Shown here piece after piece: positions 37,952 to 50,800 of a stretch of DNA of 64,000 nt. Origin of the DNA: Yuukianura sp. NJ FZ-2021 (taxonomy: Eukaryota); contig CM102285.1 of assembly GCA_046563655.1 (NCBI GenBank), positions 496,001 through 560,000 of the forward strand, given 5' to 3'. The position numbers and the translations under genes are program-made. Within the stretch, counting starts at the first letter, position 1, and each line of letters starts with the position of its first letter. The notes beneath the pieces are model-generated. The model was not told the DNA's origin, did no database searches, and saw only the letters and a program-made list of their open reading frames with translations.

Positions 37952-40053
37952 CTGGAAAACAGAATTTCAAAAATTAGATTTTCAAAAAAATTCAAAATCT
38001 CAGCAACCGTTGACCCTTACTGCAACCGGAAAGTAAAAGCTTCGTAGTTAAAAATGCGTGTTCTAAATCAGCACTTGACATTGTGATTTTAAGCATTCTT
38101 TAAATCTACGGTGCGCCGTGCGGAGTGTTTGTGATCATGCGCGTAGGAAAAGATACCCACTGATGATGCAGTTAGGTCAGCAAATATCTCGTAGTGAAGA
38201 CGAGGATTTTTCTTAAGCTGTTCAAAGTTTCAAAAGACCAACTAGGCTAGGAGTTAGTTTCTGACATTTTTGGGGCTGGGATTGAATTTCATCTATTTTT
38301 GGGGCTGGGAATTAGTTTCAGCCGTTTTTGGGGCTGGGATTGAATTTCATCCATTTTTGGGGCTAGGAGTTAGTTTCTGCCACTTTTGGGGCTGGGATTG
38401 AATTTCATCCATTTTTGGGGCTAAGAGTTAGTTTCTGCCACTTTTGGGGCTGGAAATTAGTTTCAGCCACTTTTGGCCATTTTTGGGGCTAGGAGTTAGT
38501 TTCTGCCACTTTTGGGGCTGGGATTGAATTTCATCCATTTTTGGGGCTAAGAGTTAGTTTCTGCCACTTTTGGGGCTGGAAATTAGTTTCAGCCACTTTT
38601 GGCCATTTTTGGGGCTGGGATTGAGTTTCATCCATTTTTGGGGCTAGGAGTTAGTTTCTGCCACTTTTGGGGCTGGAAATTAGTTTCAGCCACTTTTGGC
38701 CATTTTTGGGGCTAGGAGTTAGTTTCTGCCACTTTTGGGGCTGGAAATTAGTTTCAGCCACTTTTGGCCATTTTTGGGGCTAGGAGTTAGTTTCTGCCAT
38801 TTTTGGGGCTGGGATTGAATTTCATCCATTTTTGGGGCTAGGAGTTAGTTTCTGCCACTTTTGGGGCTGGGAATTAGTTTCAGCCACTTTTGGCCATTTT
38901 TGGGGCTAGGAGTTAGTTTCTGCCATTTTTGGGGCTGGGATTGAATTTCATCCATTTTTGGGGCTAGGAGTTAGTTTCTGCCACTTTTGGGGCTGGGAAT
39001 TAGTTTCAGCCACTTTTGGCCATTTTTGGGGCTAGGAGTTAGTTTCTGCCATTTTTGGGGCTGGGATTGAATTTCATCCATTTTTGGGGCTGGGAATTAG
39101 TTTCAGCCGTTTTTGGGGCTGGGAATTAGTTTCAGCCGTTTTTGGGGATGGGGCTAACTTCAGGTTATTGGGGATGGGGCTAACTTCAGGTTTTTGGGGA
39201 TGGGGCTAACTTCTTGCACCCAAACATTATTGAATTTATTCCCGCCGATTTCAAACTATAAATTTTTTTTTTATAAATTATTTCCCACCAAAATCCAGAG
39301 ATGGCATTTCCAAACGGCGTCGCTTTGAATTATGTTGTTGTTCTTGTGCTAATATTTCTATTAATTACTTTAAATTAATTTACATTAATTAATTAATATA
39401 AATTATTAGCCTAACTAATTTTGCACAATTTGAACACAAAATAGCAAAAGAAAAAATGCCCGTCTATGATGACTAGCTTTAAGGATGAAAGGTGAGAGTA
39501 TGAACCTCATACAACAACCAGATAAATCCTTTCGGTTGAAAACAGGATTATCGACCATAATGTTCTTGCAGTATAGCCACACTACTCTCTTTATTATTTT
39601 AGTGGCTACATCTGACTGAGTGGCAACTTAGGTAGCCACCGTAAGCTAATCTACAGAAGCAACATAAGCTAATCTACAGAAGCAACATAAGCTGCGCACA
39701 GAATAGTCACCTATTGCAGCCACTAAAATTGAGGTTACACCGCGCGGCTACAATGACAGTTGTTAAACCTTCCCACAACCATGTTCTCCAGAAATATCCA
39801 GGATTAAAATTAGTAAACAATGCAGATTCCGATCTAAATTACTACTGGTTCTATTCCTCGATTAATTAAGCAATTAATAGTCGATTGTCGATTGCAATTA
39901 CTAAATACAGAACTTTGACAACTGGCAGGATTCAAGGTAAGTGTGATCCAGGAAATCGAAGGAATTTCGTTTTGTTAAAAAACCTTAATAAAATGATTAT
40001 AAAGTTATCGTACGATAATTTGAAGTTACAGACATCCAGGAATCGGTTGAACC

Positions 40054-41457
40054 ATGATGACTCGACCCCTGTTTTCTGTCGTTTGCCTCGTATTGATTTT
40101 TTGTATTGGAAGATTATCACTGGGAGAGTACAGCGACAGTAGGACACACAAGGACTTTAGTTTGTTTGATGATGATGACACGGAGATGGACGGAGACGAA
40201 GATTCCGAGAGTGAACTGACGACTGACGAAGAAGAACAACTTTTACATTTTCTGGAATCCGCTTTTCCATATCAATCGTGGGCTACCCGGAGTAGATTAT
40301 TTTCATCGGATATGGATGCCATGGACGAGGAACTTCTGGACGAGACCATGGACACCGACGATGACGAAACGTTGATCAAGCTCCTCAAGCTCGGTTATCG
40401 TTTTAGCAAGAAGGTAATGTAAGTCTGAGTTGAATTAACTAACAACAGTAAAAGTAACAATTTCAAGATAGATCTAACTCTAAAGCTCCTAAATGCAAGT
40501 TTTTCTTTGTAGGTGGCCAAAAGAGCGAAGCAGTTGGACACCATTTCAGACGAATTTGATAAATTTGTTAAAAATGGATTCACTCTTTCCAATCACTGGT
40601 TCAACCTGTTAGCCAAACTGGGAGACGAGGATGAAATCATGCACGAATTTCGTGAAACTATTCTCAACATGATGGTTCAGGCTGAGCGAAACATTGGATC
40701 AATCCATAAGGTATGCACAACTCTCTAACCTAACGCAAGCAGAACATTTTTGACAATTTGCTAATTATCAATTAACTTTACCTCATATTAGGTGACTGGG
40801 ATGTACAAGGACCTTGTGATTGACGATCCAGAGGGAATCGGTAAGCTGGAGACTGTACCAGGACAATACAATGCAATTGCATCTCTATATGATGAAAGTA
40901 TGGACGATATCAAGAGGAGTCACGCAATCTCTGATGTACTCGAGTCGCTTAAAGGAGATGTGGCAATGGTCAGCAACGTTTTTTTTTAAATTAAACCATT
41001 TTTATGAAAAGTTTATAACCAAACTTATACTTTGATTACAAAGTTTTTTTTTTTTTTGACAGATTGTCAAAAAGGAAAAGAATCTCCTCCGGCTCTTCCG
41101 GATTTTCATGGAAGAGCAACAAAATCTAATCACTTTGGGGAAAAAGTTGTGGGTGAGCTCTCAGATGGACTATGACAGAGTAAGTAACTCAAGTAATTGA
41201 ATTACAACAATTTAATTAACCTAAACCTAACATTCTGTGTTCTTCAGCGCTACGACGACGATGATGACAAGGTAGAAGACTTATCGGGTGGACTGAAAAA
41301 GAACCCGACGAGTGAAGACAGGCTGAAACAGCTTCTGCAAGTGAGACGAACTCGTCGAGCGATCAGTGCCTACTCGGACTTTCTAAAACGGAAAGGAAAC
41401 CAAAACAAAACTACAACAGCCAACAAAAGTAAAAAAGACAGTAGAGATGAGCTGTAA
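40054..41457 (+). CDS. Uncharacterised signal-peptide, acidic/helical protein (~353 aa) ending in RDEL
   Basis: Exons 40054-40413, 40513-40710, 40792-40968, 41063-41179 and 41248-41457, all with phase-0 GT-AG introns; hydrophobic N-terminus, D/E-rich tract, terminal ...KKDSRDEL*. Confidence 0.8.
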
Positions 41458-41490
41458 TGAGTCTAAAAATACTTTTGCTCAAAAACTTTA

Positions 41491-41926
41491 CTGTTCCTCC
41501 CAGGCTATAATGAGACTCTGGAATTGAGGAATATGGTGGTTTTCAAGTACACGAAAAGCTAAATCGACGATTTTTCCAATAAAACCATTCCCTTTAACCA
41601 GCATGATTATCCATGTACTACTTCAACGTTTTTTCAAAATTTTGAAAGTTTTTTCAAAATTTTGAACTTTTTTCAAAATTTCGAACTTTTTTCAAAATTT
41701 TGAAAAAAGTTCAAAATTTTGAAAAAAGTTCAAAATTTTGAAAAAAGTTCAAAATTTTGAAAAAAAAAAGTTCAAAATTTTGAAAAAACGTTGAAGTAGT
41801 ACATGGATAATCATGCTGGTTAAAGGAAATGGTTTTATTGGAAAAATCGTCGATTTAGTTTTTCGTGTACTTGATATCCACTATATTCCTCAATTCCAGA
41901 GTCTCATTATAGCCTGGGAGGAACAG
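41491..41926. mobile_element. Near-perfect palindromic Tc1/mariner-type MITE
   Basis: TA-ctgttcctcccaggctataatgagactctgg...ccagagtctcattatagcctgggaggaacag-TA; centre of ~18-bp ttcaaaattttgaa repeats. Confidence 0.88.
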
Positions 41927-42237
41927 TAGATTAAGTAGGGTTGAATTTTTAAACAATATAGTCATGATTTTGATAGTAGCTTCATAAACGACAACTTTGT
42001 TTAACGAGTGTTAACTTCACTAACTAAATTATTATAACTTATACTATTATAAATTTTATTGTATTCTAAGTACAATAAAAAATTAATATTCAAATATGCA
42101 AGTATAAGCGCGAAAATATGGTAATGGGACACGCCAGTTGGTAAATGCATGTTCAATGACCTCGTTGCCAACTAAATTGAATGGAATTTCTTTTGGAAAG
42201 TGCGCTAGTTTTGAAACAAAATTCAAACAAACCGACA

Positions 42238-45200
42238 ATGTCGCCATTAATACAAGCGTTCTTTGCGACACTTTTTATGCCTCAAGTTTGGTCGGCAGAT
42301 GAGTTCTGCGTACTGCCCAACTCTTCACTCCCCACAGGACCAATCATTATCAAGAACCCAGTTATCGATGACTTCGGGAAGTGGGGTGAGTGGGACGAAT
42401 GTCAAAAAGGAACCTTCTTAACCGGTCTTCAACTCTGGTTTGAGAAACCCTACCCCGATCTCGAGGTTTTTACATCTGACGCGAAATTCGAGTACTACTA
42501 TAGCGACAACGCAGCACTTACCGGAATTCGCGGTTTTTGTTCAAAAGTTGGAGAAAATAGATTTGCCGAACATCACCCCACAAGTGCAGGGGTGAGAGGC
42601 TACGGTGATTGGTGGGCACCGATGTACTGTGACGTTGGCGTTATCAATGGATTCCAGTTGCGTCATACTGCGTACGTCAATGGCACAAAAATAGATATTA
42701 AGAACAGAATTGACAATGTAGGCGCCGTCAATGTAAGGATTCATTGCGTCAAAACGCATAACCGATTGGTATGGCTGGAAACCAATGTCGACGATCCACA
42801 AGAAGTGTACCCATGGTAACGTAAATGTATAACAGACAAAATAATATTATAATATTTAAATATTTACTTATCTTTTAGGTCAATCAGATTGAAATCGCAT
42901 AGACTTTGGACCCCGAAGCAACTATGCGGACCGGGACAAGCTGTTGCAGCCATTCGTACGCAAGTCGATACACGCGAAAGGCGTAAGACTTTCTGTGAAT
43001 ATATTTGTCCAAATTTTGTTGTTTGTTCTCAATTAAAAAATCGTAGCAGGTGAAATGGCCAAAATAAATTGGCAAAAAGTAAAAAGGCCAGAATTAGAAA
43101 AACCTGAGGTTAGGTTACCTGAGTTTTTTTTCCCTTTTCGGCCTGTTCTCTGATCTTTTCCTTTTTGGTCATTTCACTTTTTGGCCGAATTGCACGGAAC
43201 CATTAAAATTGTTCTAAAAATATTATAGCCAATGCAAAATTTACTGAAGAAGAGGCTTTGAACCAGGACTTAAGGGGCCTTACCAACATTCAAATGCGAT
43301 GCGAAAGGATCCCTATCGAGATGGATGCATGTAGGCCAAAGCTATTTCATCAAAAACTTGTCGAATGCAACAACATAAAGGGTACTAGTCCACTGACATG
43401 CACGTAAGAAATTTACATAAACCTACGAAGAACGTTAACATAACAATAACATACATTACAACAAGCAATGCTACACGATATAAAAAAAAAGATAGTACCC
43501 AAGGTAAATAGAATACTTATAGGTACGGTCGCTTAAAATTATTTTTTCAAAACTGAGTTGCTATGGGATTTCTTTGACTCACTCATTTACAGTGCTGTTT
43601 AAGATTTTCATCATTTTAGTCTCAAAACTTTCGCCGCAAACATAAAAATAGCTTATAAACTCGAATGAACCCAAGGTAAATAGAATACTACTAGGTAGTG
43701 CGAATGGAAAATTAGTTTGGTTGCCATGTGGAAAAAAAAATGACGTCACCCGCTGAAAATACCGGAATTCTGCCAATTATTGGTGGTGTCCTATAGAAAC
43801 CCGTAAGACACATCTTGTTTACATAAATGCCAGCGGGTTCCAATTTCACGATTACGGTATTTTTCAGCTGGTGACGTCACAAACAAAAAATTGCGTTGGT
43901 TGCCATTTGCAGGGGGCTGGGATGAACCTGTATTTTCACTCGGAGTGACGTCATTGTGAGTGAAATTGTAAACAACTCAAGAATCGGTTTTGGTCGCTAA
44001 GGCATTTTTGCCACCCCCTGGATAGTACCTTGAATATATTGAATCAATTAAACACCCCCTCAAGGTTGCTATAGCAACCAATTGTATTTCTACAAGAGGT
44101 TATTCAATACCTCCGAGTTATATAAAAATTGTGTGCAAACAACTTTTTCCGCCAATTTTCCGCCAATTCCGTTACATTACATACCGTGCTGTTCACGAAA
44201 AAGTAGACACCAACAAACTCGAAAGTTTGTTTATTTACAAAATTCTCGGGGGTGATTAGTACCAAATTCAAAAAAAAAACTACATTATAAATTCGTTTAA
44301 ATGAGGTGCTCAAAATGGCTTCCATCTGCAGTAAGACAGTAACCTAATCTGTCGTAGAATCCTTTGCGAGCATTCTGTAAGGTTGACAGTGGCAATGCGG
44401 CGAAAGCGTTTTCAATTTTTTGACGCAACTCATCTAACGTTAAGCTTCTCTCTTTGAACACTTCGTGCTTGATGATGCCCCAGTAACAAAAATCCAGCGG
44501 AGTCAAATCAGGGGATCTTGCTGGCCATGAAATCGGTTTTGATCCTCGCCCAATCCATTTATCAGGAAAACAGTCGTCCAAAAAATCACGCACATTTTCC
44601 TTGAAATGAGCGGGAGCGCCATCTTGCTGATAAAATATTTCATCTTGCGCTATTTGCTCAATTGCTGGACCAATCTGGTTTTGAAGCATATCCAAATAGT
44701 TGTCTCCTGTTAGGTTCCCATCAAAGAAAAACGGACCAACTATCCGATCTCCAAAAACCCCAGCCCATTCGGTCGCTTCCTATTTTCTTGGTTTGCAAAT
44801 CTGGAGTGCTTGATTACTGCGTTTTGAATTGTTCTGAGTGAAGGAATTGGAAGATTTGGGTATGCACCCGCGAAAAAACTTCGAGCCTTTCTGTAACTTC
44901 CTTGTTCGTAAAACGCTGCAACCATATCTCCTCGTTGCGTCGAAGTGAACTGTTTCATGATTAGAGTCTAAACTGCAGTGTTAACTTAATGTGATTAAAC
45001 TAATTACAGAATTAGCGTGAGAAATTGACTGACTAGCTTAAAACCTCTTGAGTACCGAAAGCCAAAATATCGGCTTTGCTTGTTTCCCCTGGTAGCCCGA
45101 GAACCGATATTTCGGTTTGTTTATTTTTGCTCAGGAGACCAAAAGCCGATATTTCGGCAAAGTTTTGCAGTCTCCTGAGCCCAAGAGCCGAAATATCGGC

Positions 45201-47513
45201 TTTTCAAAAAGCTCAGGAGACCAACAACCGAAATATCGGCTTTTGGTTGTACGTTTTTGTTATAATAATCATTCATGGTGCATTAAGAAAAACGAAAAAG
45301 TGGAATTTGTGCAGGAGAATAACCAAAAAGTGGATTTGGTGCAGCGGAAAAAGCGAAAAGTGGCCGATTGTGCATTGTAAATGTTACACAGTTTGAAATT
45401 GTGCAACATCAGAAACCGAAAAGTTTGAAATTGTGCAGGTGCAGAAATTGCTGTAGCATGTGAATAACTCAAAAGCATCGAAATTGTGCATATCAAAAAC
45501 TGAAAACTTGTGAAATTGTTCACTCCGGCAACCAAAAGTTTAAATGTGCAACTTGAAAAACCCGAAAGGTGGTAGTTGTGCAACTTGAAAAAACCGAAAG
45601 GTGGTAGTTGTGCAACTTGAGAAACTCGAAAGGTAGAACACGTGCAATGTAAAAACGCGAACGGTGGTGATGTGCAATGCAAAAACCCGAAAAGTGGAAT
45701 TTGTGCATTGTAAACACCCGAAAAGTGGAATTTGTGCAATGCAAAAACCCGAAAAGTGGAATTTGTGCAATGTGAAAACCCGAAAAGTGGAATTTGTGCA
45801 TTTCACCATTTCGCAAGACCTCATTATAATTAAAAAAAATGACTCGGTCTCAGGAGAATTTTGCGAATTTTTAAGTAGTAGTGGAAATTGGCGTGTTCAT
45901 AAAAATCTAATGCACCTCTCCATGGATACCATTAAAAAAATGCTGAGCAAATAGAGCAACATTAAAATTGAAACCGGTACTCAAGAGGTTAAGAGAACTA
46001 TGAATTTCAAGATAAAGAACTGGTTTCGAATTCACAAGGGCAGGAAGAAGTTCAAATTTCTACGCGCCCTTTTCGGTCTCAAACTCCCCCCAGAAATTGC
46101 AAATTTTAAAAAAAATGGCATGGAAACGATTTTGGGGTGTCTACTTTTTCGTGAACAGCACTGTACAAATCATTACCATAGTAAGGCACGGCGAAGCAAG
46201 TTTCGCAAATTATTTAACAAAATTAAAAAACGTCGAGTTAATGAATAACCTCTTGTAGCAATCAGCAATCTGCTTGTTTACCCACCTTGCACCCCCTAAC
46301 ATACACTTCCCAGACTATACTAACTTACCTAGGAAAAAATGCTGTGTTCTTGGTAAATTCCGATTTGTATGAAAAATTTTGTCTAGACTGATTTCAGAGT
46401 GCTGAACGCGAATATGACAAAAATTTTCCGCGGAAACCACTTTTTCAAATTTTTTCAAAATTTTAGAAAAAAATGTTTTGAATGGTTTTTGCGTCTGATG
46501 TGCATGAAAACTTTTCATTAAAAAGTGCATATAAGCTCAGTAACTTAGCCTAACCTACACACGGAATCACTATTGTCAACTTAACCAAACCTAACATTAC
46601 GCCTTCGGCGCGGGAAATTGAAAGTCATTTCGGTATTTGAGGAGTCCGCCGGAATCTGATTCCAGATTCGAGTTCAGCACCCCGAAATTAGTCTGCGAAA
46701 TAAGTTCATGCAAATCGAACGCAAAAAAAATTCAAACCAATTTTTTTTTTCAAAATTTTGAAAAAGTTCGAAGAAATTTTTTTCATATTCGTGTCCAGCA
46801 CCCTCAAATTAGTCTAGAAAATTTTTTTCGTGCAAATCGGAATTTACCAAGAACACGGCACTGTAACCTAACTTAGTATACACGTTATTTAACATGCTGC
46901 ATAACGCGACATAGCTCAAAGGATGTAATTTAACCTAATGCCACACGTGGTAAGCATTACCATACATAACGTAAGTAAGGCGGCACAATTTACCAGAAAC
47001 TTTGATTACATAACTTACGAACTTACACAATATTGTAATGTAAGTGTAACATTTTGCAGATATGAAACTAGAGTGGGCACTCAGTCGTCTTTGGCAAACC
47101 GGAAGTCGGAAGCTGCCAAGCGTTCGATTCTCAGTTCCATGGGCGTTACCGCAGAAGTAACCGCGGCAATTTTTTATGCAAAGATGAAAGATCTTATTCT
47201 AAATGGCGTAAACAACGGAGAAACGAATCTTAACGCCACGTCAGAATTTTGGCGCAGACAAACCGTTAAGTTGGCATCCATCACCGTTCCCCCGAACCGA
47301 ATTCAACGGATTTTTCAGGTTGTCGGCACCTGTGGAGAAATGGAAGTCCGAACGTCTCGAATTATTGCGGACGAGAGAATCGGAGACATACCGGATCCAG
47401 TGCCGACTAACGGTTTCGTGTGTACCGAACCAAAAACACTTGAAGGAGGGAAAGCTAAGCTAATGCCCTTCAAGAATTTCAACGAAGATTTTGAAAGCAA
47501 AGATGAGTTTTAG
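42238..47513 (+). CDS. Type A1: signal peptide + VMO-I domain + aerolysin-like C-terminal domain, ends in KDEF (~436 aa)
   Basis: Exons 42238-42815, 42879-42982, 43229-43403 and 47060-47513 in frame. VMO1 motifs WGEWDEC..G.FLTG.QL, DNAALTGIRGFC, DNVGAVNVRIHC, CGPGQAVAAIRTQVD, DLRGLTNIQMRC. Confidence 0.85.
44093..46255 (-). mobile_element. Tc1/mariner DNA transposon, internally deleted transposase
   Basis: TA-caagaggttattca...tgaataacctcttg-TA; ORF 44297..44695 with YQQDGAPAH and WPARSPDLTPLDF, plus an N-terminal HTH piece at 44740..44958. Confidence 0.85.
45044..45988. mobile_element. piggyBac-like non-autonomous element nested in the mariner, with internal ~30-bp tandem repeats
   Basis: TIR CCTCTTGAGTACCG...CGGTACTCAAGAGG followed by TTAA on the right (left flank degenerate); cccgaaaagtggaatttgtgcaatg repeats. 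Confidence 0.6.
46316..46880. mobile_element. MITE with long inverted arms
   Basis: gtgttcttggtaaattccgatttg is mirrored by caaatcggaatttaccaagaacac; tatacta...tagtata ends. Confidence 0.7.
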
Positions 47514-47893
47514 AAACCGCAAAACAATTAAGCGAATAAAAATTAATCGACCATGTATCAAATTTGACAACTGCGGAGAAATTTGAGAGGTCATTGGCCG
47601 GGATTCAGTTGAATAATAATTCAGTTAAATGATAATTAGTTGCAATAACTAATGGCTTAATAAATTAATTAAATACAATTTACAGATGCCAGGTCATTGA
47701 CCAACTTCTGAGCCGATACATACTGAATTGGAAAATTTGGGTAATTTTGCTTTTAGTGTCGCACCTAATAGCGTCTTTTGTTTGTTAAACTTGTGTTAAC
47801 ATAATATATAATTTCATAATTCAGTGTATATAATATATAGCTCTCTAATACAATATTTTAAGATATATAATTTTGTCATACTATCTACATAAT

Positions 47894-50800
47894 ATGGCAA
47901 CGTATGTGCTGTTGTTGTTTTATGTATTGACTACTACTATTGTTTCATTAAGTTATGCAGAGGACATATTGATTTTCAACTCCCCGTGGCTTGTTTACCG
48001 TAGTGTAGTTGCACATGGGCATGCAATCACTGTACGTCCGGGCAATTATATCCAAGTTGAACCGGAATTGGGAGAGTGGGACAATTGTGATAAAGGAGAA
48101 TACGCCATCGGAGTTTATGTATTCTATGAATCAAAACGTAAGTCAACTTCCGTAAAGCAAAATTTGGGTTTGGATTATACCTATATGTGCGCATGTTAAA
48201 AACAACAATTTCGAGAAGAGGGTCAATGACATCCCCAGACAACCCAAAAAAATGACTCCTAAAAAAGCTGTTAGGCTTGATGAGTTGCTCATTTTTGTCC
48301 TCTGACATATGGCCCTGCGACCTTCCGCTAAGGTCATAAGTCAATTTGAAGTTCTAACCTAACCTGATCAACTCATCAAGCGCAACAACGTTTGTAGAGA
48401 TCATTTTTTGGGTTGTCTGGGGGATGCCATTGACCCTCTTATCGAAATTTTTCTTTTTTTTTAACATGCGCACGTACAGGTATAATCCGACCAAATTTGG
48501 AGAAATTTTCGGTTACTTTTCGAAGTTCCATTACAAAATCTAATCGTTTCTGCTTGCAATTTAAAGCTGCCAAAGATGGAACTGCTATTAATGGCGTTTG
48601 CATTAATTGTGCTCCACTCGGTGTGGATACGAATGGCTTACCACTCGATAAGAAAAAGTGCAGCAGGATGACCTACGATTATGACAGGGAAAAGTACTAT
48701 AGGTGTCCCCCTCTGATGACTGGCTTTCAGGTGGCCAATGACGACCAGTTCGGTGGCGTCAAGACAGAACATGGGTATTTGTTTGGAATTACAGCGGTAA
48801 AGTTCTTCTGCTCAAATGGAGGGCACTTAGAATTCCCGACATACGAGAAAAGACCATACACAGAACCTGCGTATTGTTTAGCGGGACAAGCCGTTTGTGG
48901 AATTCGAACGCAAGTGGATCCGCATAATCGGCCAGAACGTCAGGAAAGTAAGTTTAGTTGCATTTGCCTGTACACTGGTATAAGCCTACTGTTCAATAGA
49001 AATTTTGGTGTCAGCAATTTTGCTGCACACCAGAATTGGCACAAGAATTGGTAATGCAGAATACAAATTGTGGTGTCATCGATATCGGTGTAGTCCACGC
49101 AAGCGATATTGGTGCTGCAGTTTTGTGGGGCAGTATAAAAATTCCGAACCTTTCATTGGTGGCCGACCTTTCAGTTCTCATCATTCAAATTCAAGTAACA
49201 ACCGCCAACTTTTAATGCCTCTCTCGAAGTTAATTAACTTTGAATATGAAAGCTTATGCTAAGATTTGCTAATTAGGGTTTTCCTATTTCGGTAATTAAG
49301 ATTTTGTGGTATTAATGTTTTTGGCGTCCTTACACACTGAAATATACGGGAGAAGTATCATAAAGTGACAAGCAGACGTTCGTGAACGTCTTCTCTTGAT
49401 TAAAAAACAAGGTAGGGCAATGCTCAAGGGTTGAGCATAGGTCTTCTGGAGGCAGTTGGCAATTGATACGACTTTTAGACCAGCTGTCCACAAACCCGTT
49501 GAAGAAAAACGTCAAGAAACCGTTTTCACGGGATTTATGCAACGAAACGTCGCTCATAACTTTCAGTGCAGATGTGGGGCCTTTTTGTGCACAATTGCAC
49601 CAAAATGTGAAAAAACCGTTTGCATAAGAATGTTGTTCAGCTTTAGCCCTGAACCGTTTTCACTCTCCTGAAAATTATTTTGGTTCACAACATTTCTGCA
49701 TCAAACTGTTAGCAAAATTATTTGGTGGACAATTGAATGGCTTCGCGGAACAATTATTGTTCTCCAGTATGCACAAATTTTGAAATAACAACGCCCATTA
49801 CCCAGCGTCAAAATAACTGTACAATTTTACATTTGTGCAATAAGTGTTCAACATGCACAAAATTGAACGTTGTGGAGTAGGGATCGAATATAGCTTCTAT
49901 AAAATCAAAATCGGTTCAAATAAATGCACCATGTCTTAAATTAAGTGCATAAGTTATAAACTCGAATATCCCTTGTTTATAATCAAAATTACGAAAATTT
50001 GTTGCAAAAGCAAATTTGAACCCTGCCAATCACTGTTTGCATGTTACGAATTTAAGCCGGATTTTCTACCCTCTAATTAGTCTTAATTTAACAACGTACC
50101 TAAACATAATATCAGAAAATGAGAACATCAAAACTTCGTTGTTTAAATATATTTTGAGTGCAATGCAGACCTAACACATAAATTTTGAGGACTTAAGAAA
50201 CTGCAACGCGAAGCAGCCGCATACTTTGACGTTGTTAACTTAACACTTTGAGTGCAATGTAGAGGTAGAGAAAACACTTGAGCCATACATGACCCCCCGA
50301 CTGCGATAGGGCTAATGTTTCAACGCAAAAGATACTAAACAAGGTAGGGCGATGCTCAAGGGTTGAGCATAGGTCTTCTGGAGGTAGTGGACAATTGATA
50401 CGGCTTTTAGACAGGCTGTCCGTAAACCCGTCTAAGAGAAACGTTAAGAAACCGTTTTTACTAGATTTATGCAACAAAACATCGCTCATAATTTTCAGTG
50501 CAGATGTGGGACCTTTTGTGCACAATAATTGCACTTGCACCAAAATGTTAAAAAACCGTTTGCATCAAAATGTTGTCCTAACTTTGAACAGTTTTCACTG
50601 TCTTCAAAATTATTTTGCTGCACAATTGTTCCCACATATGCACAGAATTTGACATCACAACGTCCATTACCCAGCGTCAAAAGAACTGCACAATTTTACA
50701 TTGATGTGCAATACATGTGCAACGTGCACAAGAATGAACGCTGGGGCGAGGGGTTGAATATCCCTTGTGAAAATCAAAATTATGTAAATTTCTAGTAAAT

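Larger units (their letters stand above)
35621..39222. mobile_element. Foldback (FB/MULE-like) element with ~1-kb internally repetitive inverted arms carrying a captured gene fragment
   Basis: Left end tgggtgccagaagttagccccatccccaaaaacctgaagttagcc is the reverse complement of the right end ...ggggctaacttcttgcaccca. Arms (35621-36600 and 38245-39222) are inverted arrays of ~29-bp cagccccaaaa units. Confidence 0.8.

Noticed and set aside
35630-39220. Regular ~29-bp repeats as a CRISPR array
   Set aside because: No unique spacers and no cas genes; eukaryotic context; the repeats form the inverted arms of a foldback element.
45076-45954. ORFs with repeated Cys/His motifs resembling zinc fingers
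   Set aside because: Translations of a ~30-bp tandem repeat within a non-autonomous element.
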